Shown here: positions 49,394 through 63,250 of the stretch, piece by piece | Numbering within the stretch: the stretch's first letter is position 1 | Layout: the number at the start of each line of letters is the position of its first letter | Source of the DNA: Phoronis australis | Taxonomy: Eukaryota; Animalia; Phoronida | Length of the DNA: 64,000 bases | Reading direction: 5' to 3' | Assembly: GCA_002633005.1 (NCBI GenBank) | Contig: NMRA01000111.1 | Span: forward strand, 524,866-588,865 | The notes under the pieces: model-generated | The model's input: the letters and a program-made list of their open reading frames with translations, nothing else | What the model was told of the DNA's origin: nothing | Databases searched by the model: none | Translations under genes and position numbers: made by a program

Positions 49394-51018
49394 ATGCGAG
49401 GAAGTACTCAGAAAGAAATGGTCTGGATATGATTTGCAAACTAATTAACAGTGAAAACTTCAATAATTTGAAGAATTTATCTTAAGACATCATTCACAAC
49501 AATTTTACAAGGCATCTGGTTTAGAGGATGATTTACGTGTTGCTAAGAAACGAATAACAGCTGCACCAATCCGAACGGAGTCTGTCTGAGTCATGACAAC
49601 ATCGCTTGCTATCTTTCCCATCTGCCTGTCCCTTAGTGAACATGATTTTCACAGAAAGAACCCAGACCGGTTTACTTTTCTGGCACGCAAAAAAGGTTCA
49701 GAAATGTGTCAAAATTTCGTTATTTTCTCAAATATTTCAAGTATATTTGTCATTGGAGTCGTCCTAAACTACTCTTATAATAGCCAAATTGAAGATAACG
49801 TGGCTGACATTTCAAATCAAACCGCCTCCGATGCCAACACCACCGTGTCATTTTTTCATCTCATATGGAGTCACGTACTCTTACGCCACCGCTGAATAAT
49901 GGCGCTGAATATAACTTTTCGACATACCTCAATGGGCGCTTTTTAAACACAGAATCACTTATGAAAAATGGACGTTTCTGAATTCTCTCCCCGAGTCTCT
50001 TTCGGAAAGCCTTGGTCGCGTATAAGAGAATAATCCTGAGAAAATACGGCCTATAGTAAAACTATGAATGTCTGGATACACCTTGATGTAGTAGAATTCT
50101 CACTCATTGTAATATCGAATAACATCCTCCTCGACAAACACTGAATAATACTGTGAAATTTTGTGCGCAGCAATATCCTGCAGTCGTTGATGGATCTGCA
50201 GTGAGTTGCTGAAAGCTTCAAACTACGTTTTTTGCCCAACGTACACTGGTTATTAAGTAGCATGCATGTTGAACAGAAACCAGTGCTTGAGTATTCAAAT
50301 GTCTGTTTGTGTTATTTCTCAATGGATAAAATTTCGTAGATTACCCCTGATAATCTTTCGCCCGAGTTTAGACTAACGTCAGTATTCCTCGACCGAAAAT
50401 GCTGCTGGCGAATATTGCAGCTTATTTCAGTTGACTTTAAAGCGGGAAATCACAAGATTTTGCAACTTTTACAAAACTTTCATTGTATCCTCAAAGGCAG
50501 AAGAGACGGGCGTTTGAGGTATAGGCACAGTTTGTTCACTAACAAAAAATGCTCAAAGGTGGTAATAATTTCGCTCTAACACATCACCGGTTTATTAGAC
50601 ACCATCAAGGAGGAACTAAATATTAATATTATGATATTAAATATTCTGATATTGGCTTCACTTGATTGACTTCGCCGGTTCTGCCGAGTAAACCCGCTAA
50701 AACATTTGATTGGTTGAAAAGCAGGACATTAACTGTGGCGTCCATGTCACCAAGCAGTTTAGGCAGATACTCTGCCCGCCGATCAAACTCCTTGGAACAT
50801 GCATGGAGCAAGCGACCGCTTTAATTTCCCACGGGTACATTATTGAACTAGACACCATGCGTTAAATAAATTATTAATACTCAACACATTTGTAAAAATC
50901 TATTTGCACTGTTTCTTGTACCCAGGTGCGTAGTTGAGTTACGTTTACGTCCTTGCTTACATTAAAGCAAACCTCACATTCGCCCAACCAACACCTGAGC
51001 TCCCTCAGTCATCTTCCC

Positions 51019-51279
51019 CATGCGCGCACTCAGGGTGGGGGGGGGCTCGGGGGGCTCGACCCCCCATTTGGCGAAGTGGGCAAAAACGCCTGCCTCTGAG
51101 AGACAAAAAGTCCGAGAAAATGAGGCAAAAGTCCACTAAACATGCACAAACGCTCAATTCACGGTGGTGCTCCTTTTTTTTTTTTTTCTTTTTAGCCGGT
51201 CCGCCCGCTTTTTTGTTACCAAAAGGTCCACAAAGTCAGGAATTCGAGCCCCCCATATTGAAGGCTGGGTGCGCGCATG
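51019..51279 (+). mobile_element. MITE family 1, copy 3
   Basis: Same TIR and internal sequence as 23099-23349; TSD TTCCC/CTCCC (one mismatch). Confidence 0.85.
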
Positions 51280-51882
51280 CTCCCGAATTTCAGAGTTATG
51301 TCAGTAATCCACAAAATATTGTGCCAAATTTCTATCTTTTCCTACCGTTACACGGATTCGTTAACTATCGGAAAATGTTATCGCACAACCATTTTCAAAT
51401 GGTGATCGGCAAAAGAATATAATATATTTGTTACGTCTAACTTCATTTTCTTGTTAAAAACGAACGTCATCCATTTGGGAATTCGTTTCTATACAGTACC
51501 TGTGTCTACCTTTATTATTTTTGTGTTTGCTAAGATTACTGAAACTGGTGCGCTCACAACAAAAAGGCATTCGAGTTCCTATACTAGACTCGATTCACCA
51601 ATGTTTATGGTGCTGTTAAGTGGTTGTTGAACCTAAAAAAATAAAACCGTTTACCCAAACTGGTTCTGGGACTACCTCAAATCAGGCCCCAACAAGCTGG
51701 GTTTAGGAGTAACCTACTGCACGAGCTGGCTTAGGGGTAACCCCTTCGAGCTAGATTCGAGAGTACCCTCAAACGGCTCTTGAGAAACACCCGAGCTGGG
51801 TGTGGGAGTACACAACGAGATGACTGTGGATCACCTTTATTAGCTGGGTGTAACAGTGCCCCCATCTGGACTTGGCAGTACA

Positions 51883-52031
51883 CATGGGCAGCGCACCATA
51901 GGGGGCTGGGGAGGCCATAACCCCCCACTTTTTTCAGTGCTGCGCCGCCCATGGTCTATAGGTGGCGCACCACTGGGTGGCTGGGGGGCTTTAGCCCCCC
52001 TCCCCAATTTTTTTCACTGCTGCGCCTCATG
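51883..52031 (+). mobile_element. MITE family 2 (CATG ends, internal G/C-run dimer)
   Basis: CATGGGCAGCGCA..TGCTGCGCCTCATG; TSD GTACA/GTACA; relatives at ~1282-1420 and ~1631-1770. Confidence 0.75.
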
Positions 52032-53632
52032 GTACACACTGTGGTGGGTGTGGGGGTACTCTTGTGTGCTAGATCTGGAAGTACCCCCTCGATTTGCGGG
52101 TACCTACCGACTTACAAGTATCCCAACCTTGCCTCGGAAGCTGGCTAAGGCAGTAGCCCCCCCATCTGGCCTTGGGAGTACTCTCCACGCCGGCTTTGGA
52201 AAGTACTCTTGGAGTCATACCATTTTTTGCTTTGTCATTTGGGTATCGACAGTCCGATTTATTGCAATCTTTTAACAAATAGGGTCACAACACATGCCCG
52301 ATGTACTGCATGATGGCCCATTTTGTAATAAAACACGCCGTTGTAATAAATCGGGGGCACATCAACGCTGTGTGGTTAAAGCTGAACTATCTGAAGGGTT
52401 TTCGCAGGTTAGAACTCTCGAAATGGCCAGACAGCATTTGTGCAAGTACATTTTACTACGTCTTATATTTTGATTTTCCGTCATAGAATCAATAAACAAA
52501 AGCACCCATCTTAACCACTTCTAGATCCCACTCTTAACCGCAGTACAAAACAGCCTTGCTTCATTAATGGAATTGTCTTTCCATGTTTGCTTTAGATAAT
52601 ACAAGTACATGGACATGGCAGGCGAAATTGCATGTAGAGGCACCTAATGTGCCAACAGCGCTGTCAAGAAGTATTGAGATCAGTTTAAACCGCAGTTAAA
52701 ACAATAAGGGCGTCTGCGATATATCTACGCCATTAGTTCGTTCAATAAGTCCTGACGTGTGAGTGCAGGGAGATATTCTGTTGATTTCGTTTTGATAAAC
52801 AGGAAAGACTTGTTATTTGATTACGGCTCGTTCGCCACAGATACTGCTCCTGACGAAAATTCTGCATAAGAATTGTACAGTGTTTCCGTAAGAACCGCAT
52901 CCGTTACTCTCTTCTATCAGAACTCAGACCACTGAACACTACGTTTGTTACTTTGAGGTCACAAAAACGACACCAGTCTCTGTGTATTCAACAGTTTTTC
53001 ATCAACTCTGCCTATTAATGTCATTGGACAAACAGTGAAACTCTGCAGTATAAATTGACTGAAAATATTTGTGTATTTTGTCAGTTTTTCCACGTGGTCG
53101 CAATTACATATGACAACAGCCGGCCCTAAAGACTGTCATAATCACTTGGGAACGGTAATACAACACCACTACTTTCACAGTTACGGGACGTTAAACCCAA
53201 AGTAGTATCGTTTTAGTAGCAAAGCGTCTGCATTCTGTTTACAAGATCGGTCTAATATGAGTGATGGGAAGATGATTGACTATAGATCCTTATTTGCATC
53301 GTTTGCACAGTCAAAAATACAATGTTTATTTCCCATCATTAAACATACATGACATGACATGCTGTTGGTTTTATCAGATACGCAGAAATGCTTCAGATTC
53401 CTTCCCAACCTTTATAATACGGAGAGCGTGACCTTGGTTGTAGCTATATATATACACTTTCACGGCGGTTTTATCAACGCAATTAATGGTGTGTTCTCTG
53501 CTTATTGTTTTATTTAGGGTCGCCAAGTGACCTCGAGATGCCGGGGTCTCCGACGACGCAACAAATCAGTTAGAATAACAACCAGTCAGACGTTTGTTAG
53601 AATCCAGCGTGCGGTGCCGACGCAGGGAGAGA

Positions 53633-54031
53633 ATGAACATATTCAGGGGGAACAACAACGAACGGAAAGAAAAACTCCAAGATGAAATCAACCAGTTGAT
53701 TGGGGATTACGACAAGGAGACGGCTGAATACGATAAACTACATGATACGATCGAGACATTGCAGGAAGAGTATGACAGGTCCAAACAGGAAGCATTCCAC
53801 AGACGTTATGGTGTTTTGAAGAATTTAATTAAGAAAAATGTGAGAAAAATCAGACAAATGGATCGTCAGGCGATGATGATGAGTAAGAATGGCCAACAAT
53901 CGCAAATCGGTGGAGTTGTGTCAAAGTTATTGATGCAATGCCAAGAGTACGCCGAGACGTCAAAAATGCAGTCGACAGAGAAAGTGTTAAGAGACTACAC
54001 AAGTAAGCTGTTAGTGACGAGTGAGGTTTAG
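53633..54031 (+). CDS. Uncharacterised 132-aa coiled-coil protein (or last coding exon of a larger gene)
   Basis: Clean ORF with protein-like charged helical composition (KEKLQDEINQLIGDYDKETAEYDKLHDTIETLQEEYDRSKQEAFHRRYGVLKNLIKK). TATATATA at ~53445 and AG acceptors at 53517 and 53600 lie upstream. Confidence 0.6.
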   Translation: MNIFRGNNNERKEKLQDEINQLIGDYDKETAEYDKLHDTIETLQEEYDRSKQEAFHRRYGVLKNLIKKNVRKIRQMDRQAMMMSKNGQQSQIGGVVSKLLMQCQEYAETSKMQSTEKVLRDYTSKLLVTSEV

Positions 54032-54104
54032 TATATGTATTCATAATAATTGTTAGTGCATCGTTTGAATAACTGCAACTCACATCTATACTTTACACAA
54101 ACCG

Positions 54105-54229
54105 CGATCGCTTTTGCATGAATACGACTCGATCGCTTTTGCATGAATACGACTCGATCGCTTTTGCATGAATACGACTCGATCGCTTTTGCATGAATAC
54201 GACTCGATCGCTTTTGCATGAATACGACT
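54105..54229. repeat. 25-bp perfect tandem repeat x5 (CGATCGCTTTTGCATGAATACGACT)
   Basis: Five identical units ~75 bp after the stop of ORF 53633-54031. Confidence 0.95.
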
Positions 54230-57200
54230 TTTTGTAGTGTAGGTATCGGTTTTACGACCGGAAGACGCATTGTTGAGATTATGGCCATGGAATACAAATT
54301 TCTCGAAATAATTTGCTTAGACCAGAACTATAAAACGAAATTCGTCTGGTTTTTGTAATTTTATCATAAATCGACAAATTTCGTTGCTGTCTGCCAGACA
54401 TTTGTTTGAAATGCACTTACCTCCAACAGCAGAGCGTTATTTTGCGACCGCGGGGGTTGCTGGTTCGATTCCGAGTTGAGGCCGATCTCAGAAAATTACT
54501 TTGGTCGCCGACAATGTCGAAATCGAAGGAAGGGCCTTATATGTAATGTCAAGTTACGTTTTGTACTATATTTCGAACGTGAACGACTGGTTAAATTTCT
54601 GTCTGGAAAAATGTACTTTTTCGCACCGAAAATAAATTACCCATCGGGTGGTAATTACTTTAAACCGATTGAGTTATGCCCCGCGTTCTCCAAGTTCATA
54701 TCACCGATCCCGATGTTATATTATGACTATCTTCAATAACTATTTACAAAAATAGATGGCATTAAAACTCTAGGATATGTTGATAAAAGGTTGTGTCCAA
54801 TGAATTCAAACCCAATAGGTTGAATGGCAAACTAACCTTCTGCAACAACTTATAATGCGTGTTGAGGATATCCTGAAGCAAGCAGACTTCATTAGCGCGT
54901 GTATATTGGTTGTTGGTGTTCTTTGAAAGTCTACATATGCAGACAGACATGTACACAAACATTGAACAAATTTACAACTTCAAAGATGATTTTCCGTTTA
55001 ATACTTGAAGCTGGTATCATGTTGTTAGCTGAACAACTTACTTGAAAGTTAACCAGCTTAGCATACAGAGCTTACGAGTTGAACTTGTTGACTTTGTTCC
55101 ATCAGTATAGTTCGGTAGCTGCTCTTCATTGACACAAACTTGGTTGAAGACGACTGTACTATTGGTTAGACTCGGTCGTATTCTCTATTCAATCTCCTAT
55201 CAGTTCTCTTACATTCATCAGCATATTGCTCTAATTTCTAAGCGCGTACTCAATTTGCCTTTGCATCAATAGTCCGGCGGCCAAGGCACATTTCATTGGG
55301 ATTTGTTTTTGACTACGGAGAACAAAGCCCGGGAAACATGCATGCTAATTTAGAACATGTGGAATGTACTATTTGTCACGGCGTTTAGTTGCCCTGGCTA
55401 TGCTGTTGCTTCCAAAAACGCAATACGTACTTAATGCAAGAAAATCAGTCTATGAAACTTTGTGGCATAACGCCAAAAAGCAAAGTTGGTTCTGGCGTCG
55501 CTTTCCGTAGACACGAGAGCCTTGCAAAAACGCAAAATATCGCAATGTATTACAAGTGAAGCACGTTATCACACCAGCTACTTTCGCAAGATTGAGTCTA
55601 CGGAACTTATCACGGGTAATGAAATAAGTCCATGGCCGCCAAAGTTTCTTTTTTAATACCTCCACAAAGGCACAGAAGTAAGGATTTAAACATCGTGACT
55701 TGTCCAGTGAGGCATAAGTATCTGCACATGTACGTGATGCTCCGCTTCGCACGCCGCCCCCAATTCCTCGTTTCTCCTCTACCCCTCGCCTCCCTCGCCC
55801 CGCCCCTACATCATGTATCAGTTTTTAATGACATTTTTATTTTTCAAACGGCTTTGCATGGCGTAGAATTCACATACGAACGCACTATCGTTCTGTTTGA
55901 GCTGTTTATCTGACGACTTGTTTTGTTAATATTTTTATAGTATTCAACACGACACTGGTCGATTTCAGTTTAAATTTGTGTGTTAAAATAGTAAATCGCT
56001 GATTGAGTTCTTCTTACGTTGTGTAACGGTGGGTCTGGAGTCGCAAGCATTATATGTAAGGTTCACATGCCGTTGATAGATCGGACGTGTGGACTGTCGC
56101 CTGAGAAAAATCCTGTGTGAACGCTTGTCAGCCGTCAGATCAGTGATTCGCCCTCTGTGACAGATCTGCCTACCCTGAGAAGGCTATATTCCAATGACGG
56201 CTTGAATTGGAGTTAGTTGTTCATTCAAGACGATTGCACGTGACTGGTCAGAATATTAGCATTTTGTATATTGATACAGTAGTTATAAGACAGTAGATAA
56301 CACGCCTTTGTGCTTGCTCAGTTTATATACAATAAGGGCGTAAGAACTGTTCTGCCCTACCTGCTTTATTATAAACATTTCATCTAAGGATATATAAGAC
56401 CTTACTTCTAAACTTTTGAGTTTTTTTACAATACTGCCTACCTGTGTGGATGAATCTTTTTTCTCCATTTCTAGTTAACTTTAAAATCGACATCTTGCCT
56501 GTTCATGGAAGAAAAAACGGTTTCCCGGACACACCTCAACCGCTTGGAAATTTGTTTTCTTATGAGTTATAAGGTTTCAGAGCTATTATTCAAATTGAAT
56601 TTCTCACCAGGCATAGAGCACTTCCGAATATATCCACAATCCTTGAGTCAACGAGGTGTACATAGTCTAGAAAGACGCCACAGAAAACGACGACAAAACG
56701 TAATTTTGATCTTGGGGAACTTAGTTGTGAGTCTGCGTGCTTACTACCGTTGAGAACGAATGCTTCCCCGAAGTCACCGCGATGGTATACGACTTTGTGT
56801 TCACGACTGAACACGAAAAATTGTGAAAAAAGATAAATCCTCACCCAAGTTAGTTAATCTCATCATTTACTTGGGGTTTCGCTGTTTCGATCTCGTGGTC
56901 ACGGAGCCCTTTAGTACCGTCTCGATTTCTATTATCCTCTCACTGGCGCGTGGTGTCCTTACTGCTGACTCCGTCTTTGACCTAGTTTGACTCGAGACAC
57001 ATGAAATCCCACGTGCAAAATCAACACGTTTTTATAGTGATAATTAACTTATTTACGCTCTGCAAATTCAGTTGACATAGCGAGTGAATGTTGAAACAAC
57101 GAACATGGTTAAGAACATGTATGGGTTATATTGACCAAAAATAAGTTTTAACCGAACAGGTTAGCCAGAAGCGTCCGATTTTCAAGACTCGTGTTATTTT

Positions 57201-60200
57201 CCGCTTTTTCTCGACTTCGGTAAATCGACTCTGAACTCAGGAACACGAGTTCTTGAAAACGGCTCGATGGATTTCATTGAAACTTTTCAGTCTTCATACT
57301 TATGTATCAATCTCAAAAACTTTTTAGGATGCTTTCTTGAAGTCCTAGTTTTATTGTACTGTGCAATAGACGAATAGGGCCGCTGTTTTTTTTGTTTTTA
57401 CAAAAAATGCCTTTTGTTTTGCGAGTTAATTTGGCGCAAAAGCCAAGCTAAATGAGTAATCCAAAATTCCCAATAGATATCAGCAAGTTTTCACTTAAAG
57501 AAGGTTTCGTTAAAATCGACTAAAAGGCACTTATGCTGTGAATGTACCTTTGTTAAAAATGAAAATTTGAATTAACTAGTATGACCACGTAATAGTAACA
57601 ATGACACGTGAGTATAAAGTTTATTTTTATAATCCCTGATCTTTCTTCTTTGAAAAAATATCTAATTTTGCAGGTTGACACAGCCTAGTTTTTCTGGTAA
57701 TTGACTTTGAATTAACGTTCCTCAGTAAAGTTTTGGCAAATAAAAGATTCTACCAAAGGCCAGCTCAAGAGAGCAGTAACTAGTAAAACTCAGATTCACT
57801 GAACCACATAGATATTTAAAACATGTCTTGACCTTTCAAAGTGTTCCGTTTGTAATGAACCGAACAAACTGTTAGTTCAAGGAAAAGTCATACTCAAGTC
57901 TGCCAATTCTGTTTAGTATACACCAGAAGCACTGGCATGATGCGTATTAACAATCACCATAGTAACGGAGTGTGCTTGACCTAACTTTACCGGCCATCAT
58001 TCACAGCATCTTAGACAGCCGATGATTAATGGCTACCAGAAGGAAGCCGGGTTAATTTCTGTTGGAACGTTATTTGACATTTTCGTCGGCATAAGATGGA
58101 TATTGAGTTTAATGGCCAATTTCAAATATTTCACCATGGGAATTCCAAAAAGGTGTTTCATCAATTACATCATTCTTCAATGCCACTAGAAATCAAGCAC
58201 ACGAGCGAGTCGTCCACACGAACCAGAAGTGAATCATTCAAAGGCCTGCCCACCTCAATATCGTGTGCAGAAACAAACGAATACATATACGAACAGCAAA
58301 CTCATTCGCACGAGCACCGTGTCATTTGTTGGATCCACGAGTCGATGAGTTTCGGTAAATAGTGTGCACATGGGCTCGCTGTTCTTATAAGTATGAGTTT
58401 GTGGTTTTTGGTCTTATGCACGACATTGTATTTTCTTTCTGAATGATTCCATGGTTCATGAGAAATACTCGCATTCAGTGGTTCTTTCGTGGGACGCATT
58501 AGAGCAACGTGCAATGTGGTTATAGGTTAGGAAAAATGTCCCGCTGTTGTCCCCGGGCAGAGTTACGGTTCCGTCTCTCCTCAGGCCACCATCGTCACCA
58601 CTACTCGGCATGTACCCATGTACCTACCCCCTCCCTTCGAACTAACATCCATTACATTCACTGCAGTGCCTCCCCTACTCGTTGTGCGAAACACTTAAGA
58701 ATGTTCAAGGTAGTCAAACCATATTCAGTAAACATTAGCTTCTATACACGAGACTTGCACATGGAGTTTTCGGAGTACACACCACCATAAACCCGTCTTC
58801 CATCACAACAAACAACTTTTGATTTCAACAACTTACCGTTACAAAACTGGTCTCAAATTGCCGCTCAGTCAAATTTGAGGCGATTTCATGGATTTGTAGG
58901 GACTTGCAGTTCGTTGTTGTTTGAGATCGGGGCTCGAGGTCCAATCTTTGTTCTCGAAATTTTAACTCGCCAATCGCCATTGATACTTTTTTCCGTTTTT
59001 TGCATTTCCCTTCTCCTTTGATAAGAATTCATGATCAGAATCTATTATTGTGTGCTCGAATTCATCATGGTTTGCGTGCATGTCAAAACCGAGTTTGCAC
59101 TTGATGACTCGCGCTTTAAGTGACCGATTTCTATGCTGCTGATGGACCCGTGAAGTTCGATAAAACGGTACCTGCTAAGTAGGCCTAGTGTATGCGGAAC
59201 GTTTTTCACCCTCGGATTCCTTACGAAAGGGTGCTCTTTCCAATTTTAATTTGTATGAAAGGCATTACTCCACAAAACGCTCCGTTTCACTACAGAACTC
59301 TGTGCAAGGAGTGTAGGATTCATTTACAGCTTTTGCTTAAAAAGTATGATTTTTTATTAAAAATAAGCATTTTGTGAGAGTATGGATCAGGATTTTTCTT
59401 GCGGACTCTTTAATAGATTAGTCAGCAGCACACCTCAAATAGTGGAGTGCCTCCAAAATGAAAAAACGAATAAGTTCCGCAGTGCAAAACGGGGCTACGT
59501 TCCGCAGACGCAAAACAAAACTTGCAAACGCCCATGGTCACGCAAATCTTTGCGAGATAAGTAAAGCATGTAAACAACACAATAGCTCTTCTAGCGAGGA
59601 ACTTGGGTCTACAGAACGCAGCCCGGGCGAATAGCGTTTTTTCCCTCGCCCTTTAATGTAAAGGTTTTGTAACTGAAAGAATCATTTTGTCCGTGCTAGC
59701 ATTACACTAAAGTATGAGCTGAAATCTAAAATTGAGCCGCGTTTTGTACTGAAGTCAGTCTTGTAAATTCTTTTTTTTCTTTCAGACAAAAGTACGTCAG
59801 AACTCACACACGAAAGGAATCGTCTTCTTAAAGAAATAGCGTTGTACAGAGAACGGAATGGGAAAATAAAAGACCTTTTCTTTAATCTCGATCACCAGTA
59901 TCAAGAGTCTAAAGGGGACATGATACCAAAACGTTACGAGGAAATGAAGACGATGATAAAAGTTGTAATCAAGAATTCCCATGTGTGAGCTTTCACCTCT
60001 TGTGACGAAGTCGAGTTAAATTCTAGCAGTATATAGTCTCCTGGTGTTTAGCATCACGGTGTCTCTACGACGCCAAGGAATTTGTTACTTGGTTTGCATA
60101 CGCGAGTACGCGTTGTTTGATACCACAGCGCGTCTATCACGTTTTTCAAGTGCGGGATGTGAGAATAAGGTAAACCCGTGGCGTGCGGGGCAACCAAATC

Positions 60201-60907
60201 GGGACACTAACGACGTTGACTCGCTTCGTTATGTTCCTTTCTTGGCTTCGTAATGTTACGATAACACAATTTTTGGATAACTGTGTGACTTTTACTACAT
60301 AGATTATTACTTCTAGAGTCCTGTATAATTTCTGTTACAGACAGACATCTGCACATTCCTAGGTAGATAAATAGGCACAAGGCCACCTAATTTCCAGTCC
60401 TTCAGGAATTGAAGATATGCACTGCGCCGTGAGCGATGACAATAGCACACCACAGAGACGAGAATTTTGCTCAGTCTGGTTTTAATAGAAAACGTTTTTG
60501 CTATGTCAAAAAATCAAGAACAACAAACTTAAAAAAAGATGCGTAACGATCTTCAAAAACTAACCCCTCTTTCATGGCGTCTTATATGCTCGACATTGTT
60601 TTCAACATATCAAGACAATGACGTTGGTTTTGGTGTTTCAAACGTTAAGTTTAAGGAAAGTGGTCGAGTGACAAGCTCGTTTTGGAAGCTATATGCTACA
60701 GTTTCAGTGTCTCTCCGGGCAGTCATGAACTTCCGCACCACTTTGACTTGCAATGCTACGACAGCGGCAAAGAGTGTTGGGACTCGTGGATTCTGAAACG
60801 ACACGGGCAGATTGTTTATGTCACTAAGTTGACGTTTAGTGCAACATCTTGAATTTTTGAAGCGATAAAGTTCTATGACCTTCGTTGAGTCTAAAACCGT
60901 TGGATGA

Positions 60908-60966
60908 ATTTTGAAAACCCATTGGGTGATTTTTGAAAACCCCTTGGGTGATTTTTGAAAACCCCT
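60908..60966. repeat. 23-bp tandem repeat (TTTTTGAAAACCC[A/C]TTGGGTGA), ~2.5 copies
   Basis: Directly visible. Confidence 0.8.
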
Positions 60967-61493
60967 TACAAAGTTTGTTTAAAAATCGACTAGTGTGACT
61001 AACATTGGCCGAGTTGATCGAGGACTGGGGCTGAGCTACAGCTTATGTAAACCACAGGGTGCATGTTAGCATCCAATGAGATGCGTTTTCGCCGGTGAAT
61101 AATGATCTCTCAATGCAGCCAGTTATTCTGCTGTCGATGGAGAGAAACTGACATAGCATATTGTTTGGTATTCTTTACAGAAATGTTAGTGTTTAAGGTG
61201 CACACTTGTTGTAGTAAATACTCGTTAACAGAGAAAAGGCAAAAAATAAAGGATATTACATAGATATTTACATTATGGTATTTTCGAATTGTCATTCACG
61301 TTATTTCTCTAAGCACTTGTGCACTTGCCTATAATAATAGTATTCTCGCTAGTGCTGAAAATGAGACATCACCATTGAACAGATGCTGCACTCGTATTTA
61401 TGGCAAATCAAACTTCTGGCTGCTTGAAATACTATAAAATGTTGGCGGCGTTGCTCTGGATGACCAAGACCGCTACTCAGCGTGTTTTGCCGT

Positions 61494-61904
61494 CAAGGTA
61501 CCTAAACTACACGGTCAACGGACTCATAAACACGACTCACGGACCTGCAAACACCGTCCACTGACTCACAAAACACGATCCACGCACCCAAGTACACGGG
61601 ACACGGACTCATATTCACGAGGAAACACGGTTAACGGACCGCCAAACACGGGTCACTGACAAAATGAAGATGTCAAGCTGACCCAGGAAGCCAATGAGTC
61701 CGTGACCCGTGTTTGGCGGTCCGTTAACCTTGTTTCCTCATGAATATGAGTCCGTATCCCGTGTATTTGGGTGCGTGGATCGTGTTTTGGGAGTCCGTTC
61801 CCGTGTTTGTGAGTCAGTGGGTGGCGTTTGCAGGTCCGTGAGTCGTGTTCATGCGTCCGTGCCCGTGTTTATGAGTCCGTTGACCGTGTAGTTTAGGTAC
61901 CTTA
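61494..61904. mobile_element. Foldback MITE, near-perfect ~410-bp palindrome
   Basis: AAGGTACCTAAACTACACGGTCAACGGACTCATAAACACG.. mirrored at the end; TSD GCCGT/GCCGT; a degenerate relative lies at ~33295-33570. Confidence 0.85.
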
Positions 61905-62999
61905 GCCGTGTTCTAAGGGAGAATAGGGTCTCGAGTTCTTAGAAGCCTTTGCCCCCTCCCCCAAATCCGTCTACGTGTAAAAAAGGTCCAGTGTAACTAT
62001 TTGAACGTGGTTTTGCGAAACAAATTCAAAGTTTCTAAACAGAAACCCTCAGTGTAGTAGTAAGGAAGTGGCACGGTTTATTAAATGAATCGTACATTTA
62101 CATGTGCGACCCTGGGAAACGTGGAGATTTGTCACACGTATCTTTTGAGGCATTTGCATATTTTGAAACTGTCTCGTAAAAATGTTTTTGTTAATTAATT
62201 AAACTATCTCTCACCGGATTAAGGCACGATATCCGGGCCTCGGTATAATCTCGATTCTTGAAATCAAACTCGAAATTATTTTATAGTATTTTTCGTTTTA
62301 CTTCTGTACGGATTCAAGATAAGTGTCTATTATTCATTGCTCGAGCATAATGTTGTTTACATGGACAACTGTGTAATTCTATTTTGCACCTGATGGCCCC
62401 AACATCAAAAGGCGTAAGTTCGAAATCTGGATTTTTTTGAGTTTTTACTCCAGTCAAGTGTTGCTCGAATATAGGGGTCGCCATCGTATGTGTAATATAC
62501 TTAACTAGCAAAGATAATAGTCTTGAGTTCGTATTCAAGGAGAGCCGAAAATCTCAAATTTCGAGTTCGTTTCCGATTCCAAAGCTAATTAGTACGACCG
62601 AACAACGCTAGAGTCGATTCATAGCAGCCGTGAGGGGGCGCATCCGATTGTAGTCACTTACAAGAGTCTCCGCATTTTGAGAAACAGTACGGGCATCAAA
62701 TTGGTTCTCAAAATCCAGAACCCCTAGAAGCGACTATTGCGCTTTCATAAAAGAGTCTATTGGGATTGGTCAATCCTAAAATTGCGTATGTTCGCAGCTG
62801 CCTGTGTCTTCCGGCAGAGGTGGTAACAGAAATAGAATCATGCCACAGCAAGGAAAATTATTTGAGACCAATTTTGTGAGAGTTAACGAACAATTTTCAT
62901 TTTCATTTCAGCCAGTTTAACAGAGTGAAATGCATCTTTAAATCACTTCTGGATAAACAACGTAGCTCAGTGATATGTAAGCCTACCATTATATGCTAC

Positions 63000-63250
63000 A
63001 GGCCCTGCGCTTTTTTGGGGCCCCGCGCTCACAGGATTGTTTTTAGAGGCACCAATAACATAAACGTATGATTCAGGTGATCCGAACCCCGGCGATTTGG
63101 AAAGTTTACGTTGTGGGCCCTGCCACTTTCAATATTTGTACAAAGATGCGGTGCCCAACTGGAAACTGACAGCGATGTCCAAAGTATGTGTCGCAGTGCT
63201 GCTTAGTCAAAGCGTGATCAGCACCGCGAGCCCCTAAAAGTGCAGAGAAT
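63000..63250. mobile_element. Degenerate MITE
   Basis: Imperfect TIR CTGCGCTTTTTTGGGGCCCCGCG / CGCGAGCCCCTAAAAGTGCAG. Confidence 0.4.

Noticed and set aside
54105-54229. CRISPR-like array
   Set aside because: Head-to-tail identical units with no spacers, no cas genes, eukaryotic context. The same applies to 29129-29409.
54425-54490. tRNA gene (GGTTCGATTCC B-box)
   Set aside because: No convincing A-box or cloverleaf acceptor stem; at most a decayed tRNA/SINE head.
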